64,000 nt of DNA from Phycisphaerales bacterium (lineage in GTDB: Bacteria; Planctomycetota; Phycisphaerae; Phycisphaerales; UBA1924), in assembly GCA_965227775.1 (NCBI GenBank), contig OZ245777.1, positions 544,001-608,000 on the forward strand, written 5' to 3'. This document shows positions 47,838 through 57,159 of the stretch, piece by piece. The position numbers were made by a program, and so were the translations under genes. Under the pieces are notes generated by a model, which was given only the letters and a program-made list of their open reading frames with translations, searched no databases and had not been told where the DNA came from. Each line of letters opens with the position of its first letter. The first letter of the stretch is position 1.

Positions 47838-48236
47838 TCAGTCACTTCCCGATGCGTTTTCATCGCTTGGCGATCCGCGAAGTCGGGTGCCACACTCGGG
47901 GCATCTGTTGCCGCGCAGATCACTCAAGTCGTAGCCGCACTTGGGGCACTTGAGTCGCGGCACCTCGACGATCATCGCCAGGCCGAACTGCGCAACCAGC
48001 GCCAGGACCAGAGCGACGGCGAGGATCGCAATCGGCACGGCGAACCACTCGAAGTCGAGCGGGTGGGGAGACCGCGCGAATCCAGAGGATGCGATCTGCC
48101 GCACATGGAGGAAGTCTCGCAACCGCAGGCCGATCCAGGCCAGTGCGATGATGGTCAGGATGAGCGTGGCGAGTCGGAGCAGGATCCGCACGCGCCACCG
48201 CATCGCGATGACCTCGTTGGCATTCGGCACAATCAT
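47838..48236 (-). CDS. Two-TM protein with C-terminal Zn ribbon (tandem paralog)
   Basis: MIVPNANEVIAMRWRVR vs MPVPTAREIIATRMRVR in the neighbour; CPKCGYDLSDLRGNRCPECG. Confidence 0.75.
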   Translation of the reverse strand: MIVPNANEVIAMRWRVRILLRLATLILTIIALAWIGLRLRDFLHVRQIASSGFARSPHPLDFEWFAVPIAILAVALVLALVAQFGLAMIVEVPRLKCPKCGYDLSDLRGNRCPECGTRLRGSPSDENASGSD

Positions 48237-48520
48237 CAGGACCGCTCGCTACCCAACCGGCCTCCCGCAAGCCATCGGGCGAATGCTGGCTCGAAAAGTA
48301 TCAGCACTCCACCAAGCACGAGGTATCGCAAGATAGCCCCAACGTAGTACGCGTCCTGGTCACCCGACATGCCGTTGCCCGCGTACTCGACACGATACGC
48401 AAACCAGTTGATGATCCAGAAGGCGCTGAAGATCAGGCACAGGCCACCAACGAATCGCACAACCATCGTCGCGACCAGGGCGGGTGTCCAGCGTTGAGGG
48501 CTGTGGCTTGGCTCGGCCAT
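48236..48520 (-). CDS. Small two-TM hypothetical protein
   Basis: 94 aa with two hydrophobic segments; abuts or overlaps both neighbours. Confidence 0.55.
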   Translation of the reverse strand: MAEPSHSPQRWTPALVATMVVRFVGGLCLIFSAFWIINWFAYRVEYAGNGMSGDQDAYYVGAILRYLVLGGVLILFEPAFARWLAGGRLGSERS

Positions 48521-48522
48521 GA

Positions 48523-49647
48523 TTAGTGCCCGAACAGGTTGGTCTGCGCAAACATGCCGGCCTCGTCGAAGTGGGCGACGGCTTCCTCAACGGTCGAGAA
48601 GATGCGGGTGGCGGTCTCGGTAATGAAGGGGCTGGGAGCCTTGCTCGGACGCCAGACGACGTAGACCTCTTTGGTGTGCTCCCATGCGTGCTGCAGCTCG
48701 CGCTCGACGCCGCTGGAAAGGCCCGGGATGCCGCCGGGAAGCTCGGGGATGTAGCTGACGATCATGTCGCTCTGGTCAATGAGCTTGAAGTCTCGCATGT
48801 AGATCTGGCCGTCGATGTCACCGGCGATGTCGAGGACCTCGCGCGTGCGGACGCGCAGGGGCTTGTCGCTGGCCTTGCCGCCGCCGAAGCTGTGGGGCGC
48901 ATGGTCGAAGAACTCCTGGCCCTGGCGGGCGGCCTCGAGGGCGCGGTCGAGCAGCAGCTTCTCGTCGACGTCGCCCGGGTCGAACGTGATGAACTGCTCG
49001 GCCAGCTTGGCGCGGAAGGCGTCGATCTCGGCCAGCACCTCGGGCATGTCCACCACGTGGCTCATGGGGAAGCTGGGGTAGACCTTTCGCATGTCGGGAC
49101 GACAGACCAGGCGGAACATTGTGCGCACCGTGCTCGCGTGTCGGCCCCGGCTGACGATGTAGAAATCGCTGCCCGGGACAGCCTGGCTCATGAGTTCGGT
49201 GGCGAGCAGCTCTTCTTCGCGCCAGACCATGCAGTCCTTCATGGTGGCGTCGATCTCGTGGTCGCGGTGCAGCCGCTCGTGCACGGTTTCGATGTTGTCG
49301 ACCAGGCAGATGAACAGGTCGGGCTTGAGCTTGTTGATCTGGTCGAAATCGAACGCGCTGAACAGGCCGTGACGCCAGCGGAACGTCGCGTGCGTGTTCA
49401 CGAGGACGTTGGGATGGTCGCGGCTCTCGCTGATGACGTCCTTGAAGGCGGCTCGGCGGAGTGAGTGCAGACGGCTGAGGGGAAGGTCGAGGATGCGGCC
49501 GGGTCGCACATCGGGCGCTTCGGCGTACATCCGATCACCAACGTTGAAGAGTTCGATGCTCTCGCCTTGCTGGCCTGCGAAGGCCGCGACCTCGTCGAGG
49601 TAGTTCTTCTTGTCGAGCCCGATCTGGCCCGTCACGATCGCCCGCAT
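48523..49647 (-). CDS. Archaeal-AdkA-like P-loop kinase fused to a nucleoside 2-deoxyribosyltransferase-like domain
   Basis: N-terminal IVTGQIGLDKK and VNTHATFR...KPDLFICLVD; C-terminal RDFKLIDQSDMIV...SSGVERELQHA...KEVYVVW. Confidence 0.65.
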   Translation of the reverse strand: MRAIVTGQIGLDKKNYLDEVAAFAGQQGESIELFNVGDRMYAEAPDVRPGRILDLPLSRLHSLRRAAFKDVISESRDHPNVLVNTHATFRWRHGLFSAFDFDQINKLKPDLFICLVDNIETVHERLHRDHEIDATMKDCMVWREEELLATELMSQAVPGSDFYIVSRGRHASTVRTMFRLVCRPDMRKVYPSFPMSHVVDMPEVLAEIDAFRAKLAEQFITFDPGDVDEKLLLDRALEAARQGQEFFDHAPHSFGGGKASDKPLRVRTREVLDIAGDIDGQIYMRDFKLIDQSDMIVSYIPELPGGIPGLSSGVERELQHAWEHTKEVYVVWRPSKAPSPFITETATRIFSTVEEAVAHFDEAGMFAQTNLFGH

Positions 49648-49897
49648 TCCGCCCTCCAACGCTGTGAGGTGGGTTTTTGATGGTCTCTCGAGCACCGCAC
49701 GGGGGAACCCGACTCGGAAGTCTATTCGCCGGCGCTGGCCGGGCTTGACCCAACTGGATCACTCCTGAGGGCATCGCTACTCTTGCGACTGGACCGCCGC
49801 GCGGCGAGCCAGGGGGTATCGCCGGCCGCGCTCTTCCGATGCGACTTGCCCTGAAGGTCTCTCTCGGATGCATTCAATCAGGGCAGGAGTCGGAACC

Positions 49898-50257
49898 GTG
49901 AAGATTTATGTTGGAAACCTCCCCTATGACACCTCCGAGGGCGCCCTTCAGGAGCTCTTCTCTGAGTTCGGCGAGGTCGATAGCGTCTCGCTGATCATGG
50001 ATCGCGAGACCGGACGCCCCCGTGGTTTCGGCTTTGTCGAGATGACCGATGACGCTGCGGCTCGCAACGCGCTTGAGGGCCTGAATGGCAAGGACTTCGG
50101 CGGACGCCCGCTGACCGTGAACGAGGCCAAGCCCCGTGAGGGTGGCGGCGGTCGCGGTGGCTTCGGCGGTGGCCGTGGCGGCGGCGGTGGCGGCTACGGC
50201 GGTGGTCGTGGCGGCGGCGGTGGCGGAGGTGGCGGCGGTGGCTGGGGCCGTCGCTAA
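49898..50257 (+). CDS. RRM RNA-binding protein with Gly/RGG tail
   Basis: IYVGNL (RNP2), RGFGFVEM (RNP1) and a poly-Gly tail. Confidence 0.93.
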   Translation: MKIYVGNLPYDTSEGALQELFSEFGEVDSVSLIMDRETGRPRGFGFVEMTDDAAARNALEGLNGKDFGGRPLTVNEAKPREGGGGRGGFGGGRGGGGGGYGGGRGGGGGGGGGGGWGRR

Positions 50258-50293
50258 AGACCATCGGGCTGCTCGCCCGAAACAAAGGTACCT

Positions 50294-51274
50294 ATGACAA
50301 CCATTCCTTCTCCGACTCCCGCGGTCGTCCGAAGAGACGCCGCGGCGAGGGCTACAGCCCAAGCCGCGGTCCGCGAAACCGAAGACTTCGGCCCGCTGCC
50401 GCTCGGTCAGCGCATCGCAAACCTGATCTTCATACTCGTGCCGCTGTGCATGCTCGTCTGGGCGATCGTGTACGCCTGGGGGCGCGGGGTGGGATGGACC
50501 GAGCTCGGCCTGATGGTCGGGCTTTACTTGTTGACGGGCTTCGGTGTCACCATCGGGTATCACCGCTTGTTCACACACAAGTCGTTCCGCACCGGGCCCA
50601 TCATGACGACCATCTTGGGCGTGCTGGGCTCGATGGCCAGCGAGGGGCCGATCATCACCTGGGTGGCCCACCACCGCTGCCACCACCAGCACAGCGACGC
50701 CGAGCACGACCCACACTCCCCCCACGGCCATGGCTCTGGGTTCAAGGGGCTCGTGAAGGGCTTCTTCATGAGCCACGTGGGCTGGATGATCGTGGGCGGA
50801 CGGCGTGATCTACGTAAATACGTGCCCGATCTCGAGGCCGACCCGCTCATCAGCCGGCTGAGCAAGATGTTCCTGGTGTGGATGGCGATCAGCCTTCTGC
50901 TGCCGGCGGTGCTGGGCGGGCTCATCACGATGAGCTGGTGGGGCGCATTCCTGGGCTTCGTGTGGGGTGGGCTCATCCGGATTGCGGTTGTGCACCACAT
51001 CACCTGGAGCGTCAACAGCGTGTGCCACATCTGGGGCAGCCGCCCCTTCGAGAGCCACGACGAGAGCCGGAACAACCCCATCGTGGGTGTGCTGGCGCTC
51101 GGCGAGGGCTGGCACAACAACCACCACGCGTTCCCCACGAGCGCACGGCATGGTCTGAAGTGGTGGCAGTTTGACAGCAGCTACCTCATCATCAAGGCGA
51201 TGGAAAAGGTGGGCCTCGCCTGGGACGTCAAGGTGCCCAGCGCCGAGCGATTGGCCAAGAAGGCCGTCGCGTAG
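50294..51274 (+). CDS. Delta-9-type fatty acid desaturase
   Basis: His boxes GYHRLFTH, HRCHH and GEGWHNNHH; DPHSP. Confidence 0.93.
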   Translation: MTTIPSPTPAVVRRDAAARATAQAAVRETEDFGPLPLGQRIANLIFILVPLCMLVWAIVYAWGRGVGWTELGLMVGLYLLTGFGVTIGYHRLFTHKSFRTGPIMTTILGVLGSMASEGPIITWVAHHRCHHQHSDAEHDPHSPHGHGSGFKGLVKGFFMSHVGWMIVGGRRDLRKYVPDLEADPLISRLSKMFLVWMAISLLLPAVLGGLITMSWWGAFLGFVWGGLIRIAVVHHITWSVNSVCHIWGSRPFESHDESRNNPIVGVLALGEGWHNNHHAFPTSARHGLKWWQFDSSYLIIKAMEKVGLAWDVKVPSAERLAKKAVA

Positions 51275-51301
51275 GCACGGTCCTCGATCCGTTGATTGCA
51301 T

Positions 51302-51326
51302 GCCGCCGGAAGTTCCGGCGGTTTTT
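51302..51326 (+). terminator. Rho-independent terminator
   Basis: GCCGCCGGA-AGT-TCCGGCGGT followed by TTTT, between convergent genes. Confidence 0.7.
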
Positions 51327-51328
51327 CA

Positions 51329-52393
51329 TTAACGCGACTGGAGCTCGCGGCCGAACTCGGCGAGCTCGCGTTCGAAGGTATGGTCGAGGTTACGACGTAA
51401 TTCGCGGCTCTTGTAGATGGTCTCGCGTGCATCGTTGGCTTTGACCCAGTCCTCGTTAGCGTTTGCTGTGAGCTTGGCGTCGAGCGCGGCGGCCCAGTCT
51501 CGATTGATGGGCCCGGCTCGCTCCGCGTACCTGGCGGCGATCTCTTTGAGCCGCTCGCGATCGGCGTCGGTGAGCGTTCGATTGAGCCGCAGGGCACCGA
51601 TGACCTTCTGCGGGCCGCTCCGCCGGTAGGGCTCGGGCCAGAACGCCTCGCGCACGGCTTGATCCCATCGATCGTGATCATCGGCGGGCAATGCTTCCTT
51701 GATCCGCCGGGCGAACTCGATGTTGAGCCTCTTGGCGCGGAGCCCAAGCAACTGCAGATCTTCGGCGGACGCTGCTTCTCGCTGGGCGGCGGGATCGATG
51801 GAAAAGTCAACGATCTGCGCCGTGCGGATCGGGTCGATCGCAATCTCGTACTCGAGGAGGACATCGGCGATCGGCTCGAGCTCGTGGTGGCCCAGGCGGC
51901 GGGCCATCTCGATTACGTCGGCCGTGTCGCCCATGGGGTTCTCGATCGCCGAAGCTCGATCCCGGCGCCAGGCGCGCTCGACGCGTTCGACACCCGCGCG
52001 CTGCTCGGGCGTGACCGCGAACGCAACGAGGTCCTCGATGAGTTCGTGCTCGATGCGTTGCGGCTTCGTGTACACATCGAGTGATCCATCTACATCCGCC
52101 GTCGCGCGCAGGAACGATCGGAAATAGGCCCCGGCGATGCCGTTCTCACGCAGGTCCTTGGCACTATCGATCGCCTGGTCCATGGCCATGTCGCGCAGCG
52201 CATTGGTCGCCTCACGCATCTCCGCGCGATACACCCGGTAGCGCTCGATCGCGGCGGCTTGCTGCTCCTCGTCCAGCGAGAGCAACTCGGCGTAGTGGCG
52301 CACGTCGCTGGCGTCGATCGCGGCTACGTCCTGAGCCGCGACCGTCGCGACGCACGAGAGAACCGCAACGGTCGCGCGAAGCGGTGCCCTCAT
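51329..52393 (-). CDS. Secreted all-alpha hypothetical protein (paralog of the next gene)
   Basis: Signal peptide; YAELLSLDEEQ and VNIEFARRI-like/WDQAVREAFWPEPY segments shared with the neighbour. Confidence 0.65.
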   Translation of the reverse strand: MRAPLRATVAVLSCVATVAAQDVAAIDASDVRHYAELLSLDEEQQAAAIERYRVYRAEMREATNALRDMAMDQAIDSAKDLRENGIAGAYFRSFLRATADVDGSLDVYTKPQRIEHELIEDLVAFAVTPEQRAGVERVERAWRRDRASAIENPMGDTADVIEMARRLGHHELEPIADVLLEYEIAIDPIRTAQIVDFSIDPAAQREAASAEDLQLLGLRAKRLNIEFARRIKEALPADDHDRWDQAVREAFWPEPYRRSGPQKVIGALRLNRTLTDADRERLKEIAARYAERAGPINRDWAAALDAKLTANANEDWVKANDARETIYKSRELRRNLDHTFERELAEFGRELQSR

Positions 52394-52396
52394 GGC

Positions 52397-53686
52397 TTAC
52401 CCCCCGCCCATCTGGCGGATGACCTCGTCGGCGTCGACACCGCTGCCCGCGTTCGTTGGCAACGCCTCGCGCTGCTCGGGCGTCAGGACGGCGAGCACGC
52501 GCTCAACGAATCGGTCATCGAGCTCCGAGCGGTCGGTCCGGGCCTGCTGGACGGCCTCGCGCGTGGCCTCATAGGCCTCCCACTTCTCCTGGGTCCACTC
52601 GCCGCCGATCTCGCGGTTGGCCTCCTCGCGCTCTGCGATGGCGTCGATCCACTTCTTGTTGGCCGGCTCGGCCTCGCGCACGTACTGGCTCATCGCGGCC
52701 TCGATGGCGCCGCGTTGGTCGTCGGTCAGGCCCTGGAGCCCGAGCGCTGCGTCGTGCGTGCGGTGAAACTCGCCCGGGGCGTAGACCTGCGGCCAGCGGG
52801 CCTTCTTGTAGGCAAGGTCCCAGTCGTCGCGCATCGAGGTCGGCATCGCGTTGTGCACGCGACGGGCGTATCGCTCGTTGACGGCGGAGATCTGCTCGAC
52901 CATCGCCTCCATCTCATCTTCGAGGCGGCTCTCAAGCATGTCGTCTTCGTTGCCCGCGCTGAACGCCTCGGCCATCTCACGGAAGGCACCCAGGGCGCGA
53001 TCGACGAACGCCGCGCACTGGTCGCCGAGCTCGCGCTCGTATTCGTACAGGGCCTGCTGGGCAGCGCCGGTATCGCCGAGCGCACCATCCTCGGGGAGCA
53101 CAGGTGACTCCATAGTTCGCGCGATGGCAACCAGGTCGATAAGGCCGCCATTGAGCCCGCCGTTCATACTGCTCATGGCAACGGCCATCTCGCGAGCACG
53201 CGTGCGCACGACGCGCTCGTGGCCGGCCTGCTGCTGGTCGCTGGTGGCAAGGGCGCCCAGGTCTTCGACGTACTGCTCACCCAAGGTGACGGCCCGCTCG
53301 AAGAAGCCCAACGCAACCCGCATGGTGTCTCGCATGATGTCTTCCATCTGCTCCCAGTCGAAATCTTCTTCTTCCATCCGCTCTTCGGTCTTGCGCATGA
53401 CGTCGCGCATGGTGGTGGCCGCGTCCCGGTACTTGCCGAGGTATTCGCGGTGCATCTCCAGGGCGATCTCACGCTGGAGCTCGTCCATGTCCATCAGGTC
53501 GGCATAGAACGTCGCCGACTCGCGCGGGATGCTCAGGACCATCATCTCCTGCATCATCTCGTCTTCTTCGTCGGCCTGCGCTTCGGCTTCCTGGGCCCAC
53601 GCCAGCGAACCACCCGGCAGCACGCATGGCGCCGCCAGCGTCATCCCCAGACCAACGGCCAACGCCATCATCCACTTCGATTCCAT
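52397..53686 (-). CDS. Secreted all-alpha hypothetical protein with LTxxQ-like motifs
   Basis: Signal peptide; YADLMDMDELQ, WDLAYKKARWPQVY, LTDDQR and LTPEQR. Confidence 0.7.
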   Translation of the reverse strand: MESKWMMALAVGLGMTLAAPCVLPGGSLAWAQEAEAQADEEDEMMQEMMVLSIPRESATFYADLMDMDELQREIALEMHREYLGKYRDAATTMRDVMRKTEERMEEEDFDWEQMEDIMRDTMRVALGFFERAVTLGEQYVEDLGALATSDQQQAGHERVVRTRAREMAVAMSSMNGGLNGGLIDLVAIARTMESPVLPEDGALGDTGAAQQALYEYERELGDQCAAFVDRALGAFREMAEAFSAGNEDDMLESRLEDEMEAMVEQISAVNERYARRVHNAMPTSMRDDWDLAYKKARWPQVYAPGEFHRTHDAALGLQGLTDDQRGAIEAAMSQYVREAEPANKKWIDAIAEREEANREIGGEWTQEKWEAYEATREAVQQARTDRSELDDRFVERVLAVLTPEQREALPTNAGSGVDADEVIRQMGGG

Positions 53687-53720
53687 CTCGAGACCCCTTC
53701 CCGCCGGAGAACCCGGCTTC

Positions 53721-54482
53721 TTAGTTATAGGGGTTCGTACATGTTTGGTTGCGGGCTCGGCGATCCGGCTTTGTTTCGCTCCCGCGCTCCGGGCACGCTC
53801 CGTCGGCGGCCAGCCCGCGGCGGTCATAGCCGCAGGCAGTGCACCGCCCGCGACGGCGACGCAGCGCGCGACGGATGACGCCCGGCGAGCGCCACGCGAT
53901 GAGCAGCAGCGGGGCGTAGTAGCCCGTGTTGATGGCGAAGCCGGGCCAGAGGGGGAGCAGCGGGAGGGCGAAGCGTGTCTGCCAGACAGCGGGACGAGTG
54001 GCGTCTGGCCACGCCTGGATGCCGCCGTGCAGCGACAGACCCGGCGTCTGCGCCACCGCCACGATCGGATGCGGCCAGTCTTGGTCGCGCTGGTAGTACC
54101 ACTGCCGCAGGCTCATGGCTGGCCATCCGCAGTCCGTCAGCGTGAATTCTTCGGGATGGAAGCATCGTTCACCGCCCTAGTCCCAGGAGATGAAGGTAAA
54201 CTCCCGGGTCCGCTTCCACCCAAAGCGTTCATTCAGCCCGGTGCTGTACTCATGCAACTTGCGTGCTTCATCCGCTTCGGTCGGAGTGATTGCGATCGCG
54301 TCCCACTGCGCTTCGCTGAAACCCCGGTACAACCCGACTCCCCCAGGATCGCGAGACACGACGCGGCTGTCAAACCGCCAGAAGTACGCCGCATGGATCG
54401 CCCACGACGTGAGCACCGTCGCGACCGCCCCCAGCAGGACGAACACGAGCAGCGTGCGGATGGCGCGGCAGCGTTACATCAT
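53721..54482 (-). pseudogene. Decayed paralog of the Zn-ribbon membrane protein at 55190
   Basis: One reading frame interrupted by TAA (54474-54476) and TAG (54177-54179); aligns across both stops with 55190-55963; CPECG has become CPERG. Confidence 0.75.
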
Positions 54483-54561
54483 CTGAGGATACGAACCAGA
54501 TGGACGCGCCGATCATCTTGGCATGGGCGGCTTCCATTGCGGGGCCTGCGAACGATGCAGC

Positions 54562-55173
54562 ATGGAAGGCGGCAGGGCAGAGTGGCCGGCAGCGTTGCAG
54601 GCGTTGATCGATCCTCGAACGCCGCGGGACGGGCCGCCATTCGCGATTGGCCGGCTTGGAAACACCATCGCGCGCATAGGGCTTCGCGGGGGCGGCTTGG
54701 CGATCCTCAAGCGGGGCGGGCCTGGCGAAGCGGCCGACGACGTGCACGCCGAGGCGGCACGGCTGGGCTGGCTGGCTGGCCGTGGCGGGGCGCCGCGGCT
54801 CGTGTGGTCCGGTCGAATCGGGAGCGATGCGGCCTCGCTCGTTCGAGCGCTCCCCGGTCGGCCTGCACACGAGATGACTGATCACCCCCGGCACGCTATC
54901 ACGTCGGCGGCGGTTGCGCTGCGAGCGGTGCACGCCGTCCCGATCGATGATTGTCCATTCGGCATGGCTTCGAACGCATCGTGTGTACTCATCCATGGAG
55001 ACTTTGCGCTGCCCAACGTGGTTGTCGATGACGCGAGCACCGGTGTGGTTGACTGGTCGCTCGCAACGATCGGTGATCGCGAGTCGGACATCTGCGATGC
55101 CGAGCGGAGCATCCGTCGGAACTTTGGAGCGGAGTTTGTTCCGCACTTCAGAGAGGCTTACGCGCAGCGGTAG
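54562..55173 (+). CDS. APH(3')-like phosphotransferase, internally shortened
   Basis: EAARLGWL, LRAVHAVPIDDCPF, HGDFALPNV and VVDW...GDRESD motifs. Confidence 0.7.
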   Translation: MEGGRAEWPAALQALIDPRTPRDGPPFAIGRLGNTIARIGLRGGGLAILKRGGPGEAADDVHAEAARLGWLAGRGGAPRLVWSGRIGSDAASLVRALPGRPAHEMTDHPRHAITSAAVALRAVHAVPIDDCPFGMASNASCVLIHGDFALPNVVVDDASTGVVDWSLATIGDRESDICDAERSIRRNFGAEFVPHFREAYAQR

Positions 55174-55189
55174 ACCCGTCGCATCGAAG

Positions 55190-55963
55190 CTAGCCAGACA
55201 CGTCTTTCCCGCACTCCGGGCACGCCGCGTCGGCGCTGAGCCCGCTCAGGTAGTACCCGCACGCGAGGCAATCGCCACGCCTCCTTCGAAGCGTGCGACG
55301 CAAGGCGCCGGGTGTGCGCAACGCCAGCAAGATCAGCATGCCGTAGAGAGCGGTATTGATGGCAAAGCCGGGCCAGAGGGGGAGCAGGGGGAGGGCGAAG
55401 CGCGTGGGCCACATGGAGAACGTGGTCACGTCGGGCCACGCCTGGATGCCTCCACGCCATGAGAGCCCGGGCGTGCGTTCGACCACCACGACCTGGACCG
55501 GTAGTCCCTGGCTTCTGTGGTAGTACAACTGCGTGAGGCTCCTCGCGGGCCATCCAGACTCTGTTACGACAAGCCTCTCGGGCTGGACGGCGAGATCGCT
55601 GCCCTCCCACCACCAGACGGCGGCGACCTCGTGGACTCGCCGCCAACCCAAACTCTCGCGTCGGCCCGCGATGATGAACTGCCGCCACCGAGATGGCGAT
55701 GGCAGTGTCGCGAGCGGGTGTACTGCCTCCCAATCTGCGGCGCTGAAAGGCGAGACGATTGCGGGCCCAGGAGGTACGTAGGACGCGACGCGGTCGTCGA
55801 AGCACCAGAACTGCACCGTGTGGATCGCCCACGACGAGAGCACCGCCGAGACCATTCCCAGCAGGATGAACGCGAGCAGCGTGCAAATGGCTCGGCGCGG
55901 ATGGATGCGTCGGCGGTGTTGGTTACCTGGTGATCGGGCCCGCTTTGTTCGCGCCTTGCCCAC
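55190..55963 (-). CDS. Membrane protein with C-terminal Zn ribbon (GWP...PLWPG family)
   Basis: TM; SGWPARS; PLLPLWPGFAINT; RRRRGDCLACGY...CPECG. Confidence 0.75.
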   Translation of the reverse strand: MGKARTKRARSPGNQHRRRIHPRRAICTLLAFILLGMVSAVLSSWAIHTVQFWCFDDRVASYVPPGPAIVSPFSAADWEAVHPLATLPSPSRWRQFIIAGRRESLGWRRVHEVAAVWWWEGSDLAVQPERLVVTESGWPARSLTQLYYHRSQGLPVQVVVVERTPGLSWRGGIQAWPDVTTFSMWPTRFALPLLPLWPGFAINTALYGMLILLALRTPGALRRTLRRRRGDCLACGYYLSGLSADAACPECGKDVSG

Positions 55964-55966
55964 CGA

Positions 55967-57130
55967 TCACTCGGGCAGCGGTGCTCGCCAGAGGCCGTAG
56001 GGCTCGCCGGGCATCAGGCCGTTGAAGCTGAAGCCCTTGGTCTGGTGGATGCGGCTGGTCGTGACGAAGACGCCATCGGGCGTGATGGCCAGGCTGTCGG
56101 GCCAGGCGAGGTCTTCGTCTTGCATGAGCGTGCGGAACGCGCCTTCGGGCGTGCGATAGACGATCGCGTCTTGCTCCAAGGCCGTGAAGTAGACGTTGCC
56201 TTTGGCGTCGGCGTCCATGCCGTCGGTCATGACACTGGGTCCGAGGTCCTCGATGGCGCTGGCGATCTCGGAGTCACGCGCGTCGAAGTTTGCGAGCACG
56301 GCGGCAGGAATGCGGTACAGCGTGCGCGCCGTCAGGGCCTGGTAGTAGACGTAATCGTCCGCCGGGTTGTACGCGATGCCGTCGGCATGGATCTGGGGGA
56401 CGGGGCCCCCTGGCGTCTGGCCGACGCGCAGCTCGCGTCCGCCGATCTTGGGAACGACGCCCCACTCGGCCTTGGTGCTCGCATGGTTGGCGAGCACGCG
56501 GCGGGCGGAGTTGGTGTTGAGGTCGACGACCACGAGAGCGCCAAGGCCGGAGTCTGTAATGAATGCGACGTTGCGCTCGGTGTCGACGCGGATGTCGTTC
56601 AGGTAGCTCTGGTCTGGCGCGATCGATGGATCGAATCGGATGACACGGACGACGCGGTCGGTCTCGAGGTCGACCTCGACCAGCTTGGCGGCGCCCGGAA
56701 CGACGCCCTCGAAGCCCGGGCTGGCCGGGTCGAGGATCCACATGCGGCCCTTCGCGTCGACGTGCACGCTCTGCACGCACACGAACCGGTAGGCGGGGTC
56801 GGGATCGAGATCGGTCGAAGCGGGCGGCCAGCGGTTCCACTGCCCGTCGGGGTAGGGCCGCTGCACGCCGTCGACGAGCTCGACCACGGCGTATCGATAC
56901 GGGCCGTCCCAGTTTGGGAAGCTCACGAACACGCGGCCATCGTCGGTCGCGGCCACGCCCGTCCACTGGAATCCGACGATCTGGTGGATGGGCTCAAGGC
57001 GGTCGGCGGGATAGTCAGGCGCGGGGGCCGCCCCGCGGATCGGACCGATACGGGCATCGACCAGCGACGAGGTGGGCGTGCAAGCGACGAGAATGGCGGC
57101 GAACGAACCAAGGAGGACGGTGCGCAGCAT
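55967..57130 (-). CDS. Major royal jelly/L-dopachrome tautomerase-related beta-propeller lipoprotein
   Basis: Lipobox LVAC; GRVFVSFP, CVQSVHVD...WILD, SYLNDIRVD, HADGIA and WPDS motifs. Confidence 0.85.
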   Translation of the reverse strand: MLRTVLLGSFAAILVACTPTSSLVDARIGPIRGAAPAPDYPADRLEPIHQIVGFQWTGVAATDDGRVFVSFPNWDGPYRYAVVELVDGVQRPYPDGQWNRWPPASTDLDPDPAYRFVCVQSVHVDAKGRMWILDPASPGFEGVVPGAAKLVEVDLETDRVVRVIRFDPSIAPDQSYLNDIRVDTERNVAFITDSGLGALVVVDLNTNSARRVLANHASTKAEWGVVPKIGGRELRVGQTPGGPVPQIHADGIAYNPADDYVYYQALTARTLYRIPAAVLANFDARDSEIASAIEDLGPSVMTDGMDADAKGNVYFTALEQDAIVYRTPEGAFRTLMQDEDLAWPDSLAITPDGVFVTTSRIHQTKGFSFNGLMPGEPYGLWRAPLPE

Positions 57131-57159
57131 GACGGGCTCCTGTTGCGGGCAGCTGGACG

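Noticed and set aside
50140..50250. GGC/GGT tandem repeats as a repeat array or CRISPR
   Set aside because: They encode the Gly-rich tail of the RRM protein. I saw no repeat-spacer array anywhere in the window.
54177..54179. Programmed amber readthrough (pyrrolysine or recoding)
   Set aside because: The same frame also has a TAA and a lost Cys, TAG terminates many intact genes here, and no pyl genes are seen. Decay is the simpler explanation.
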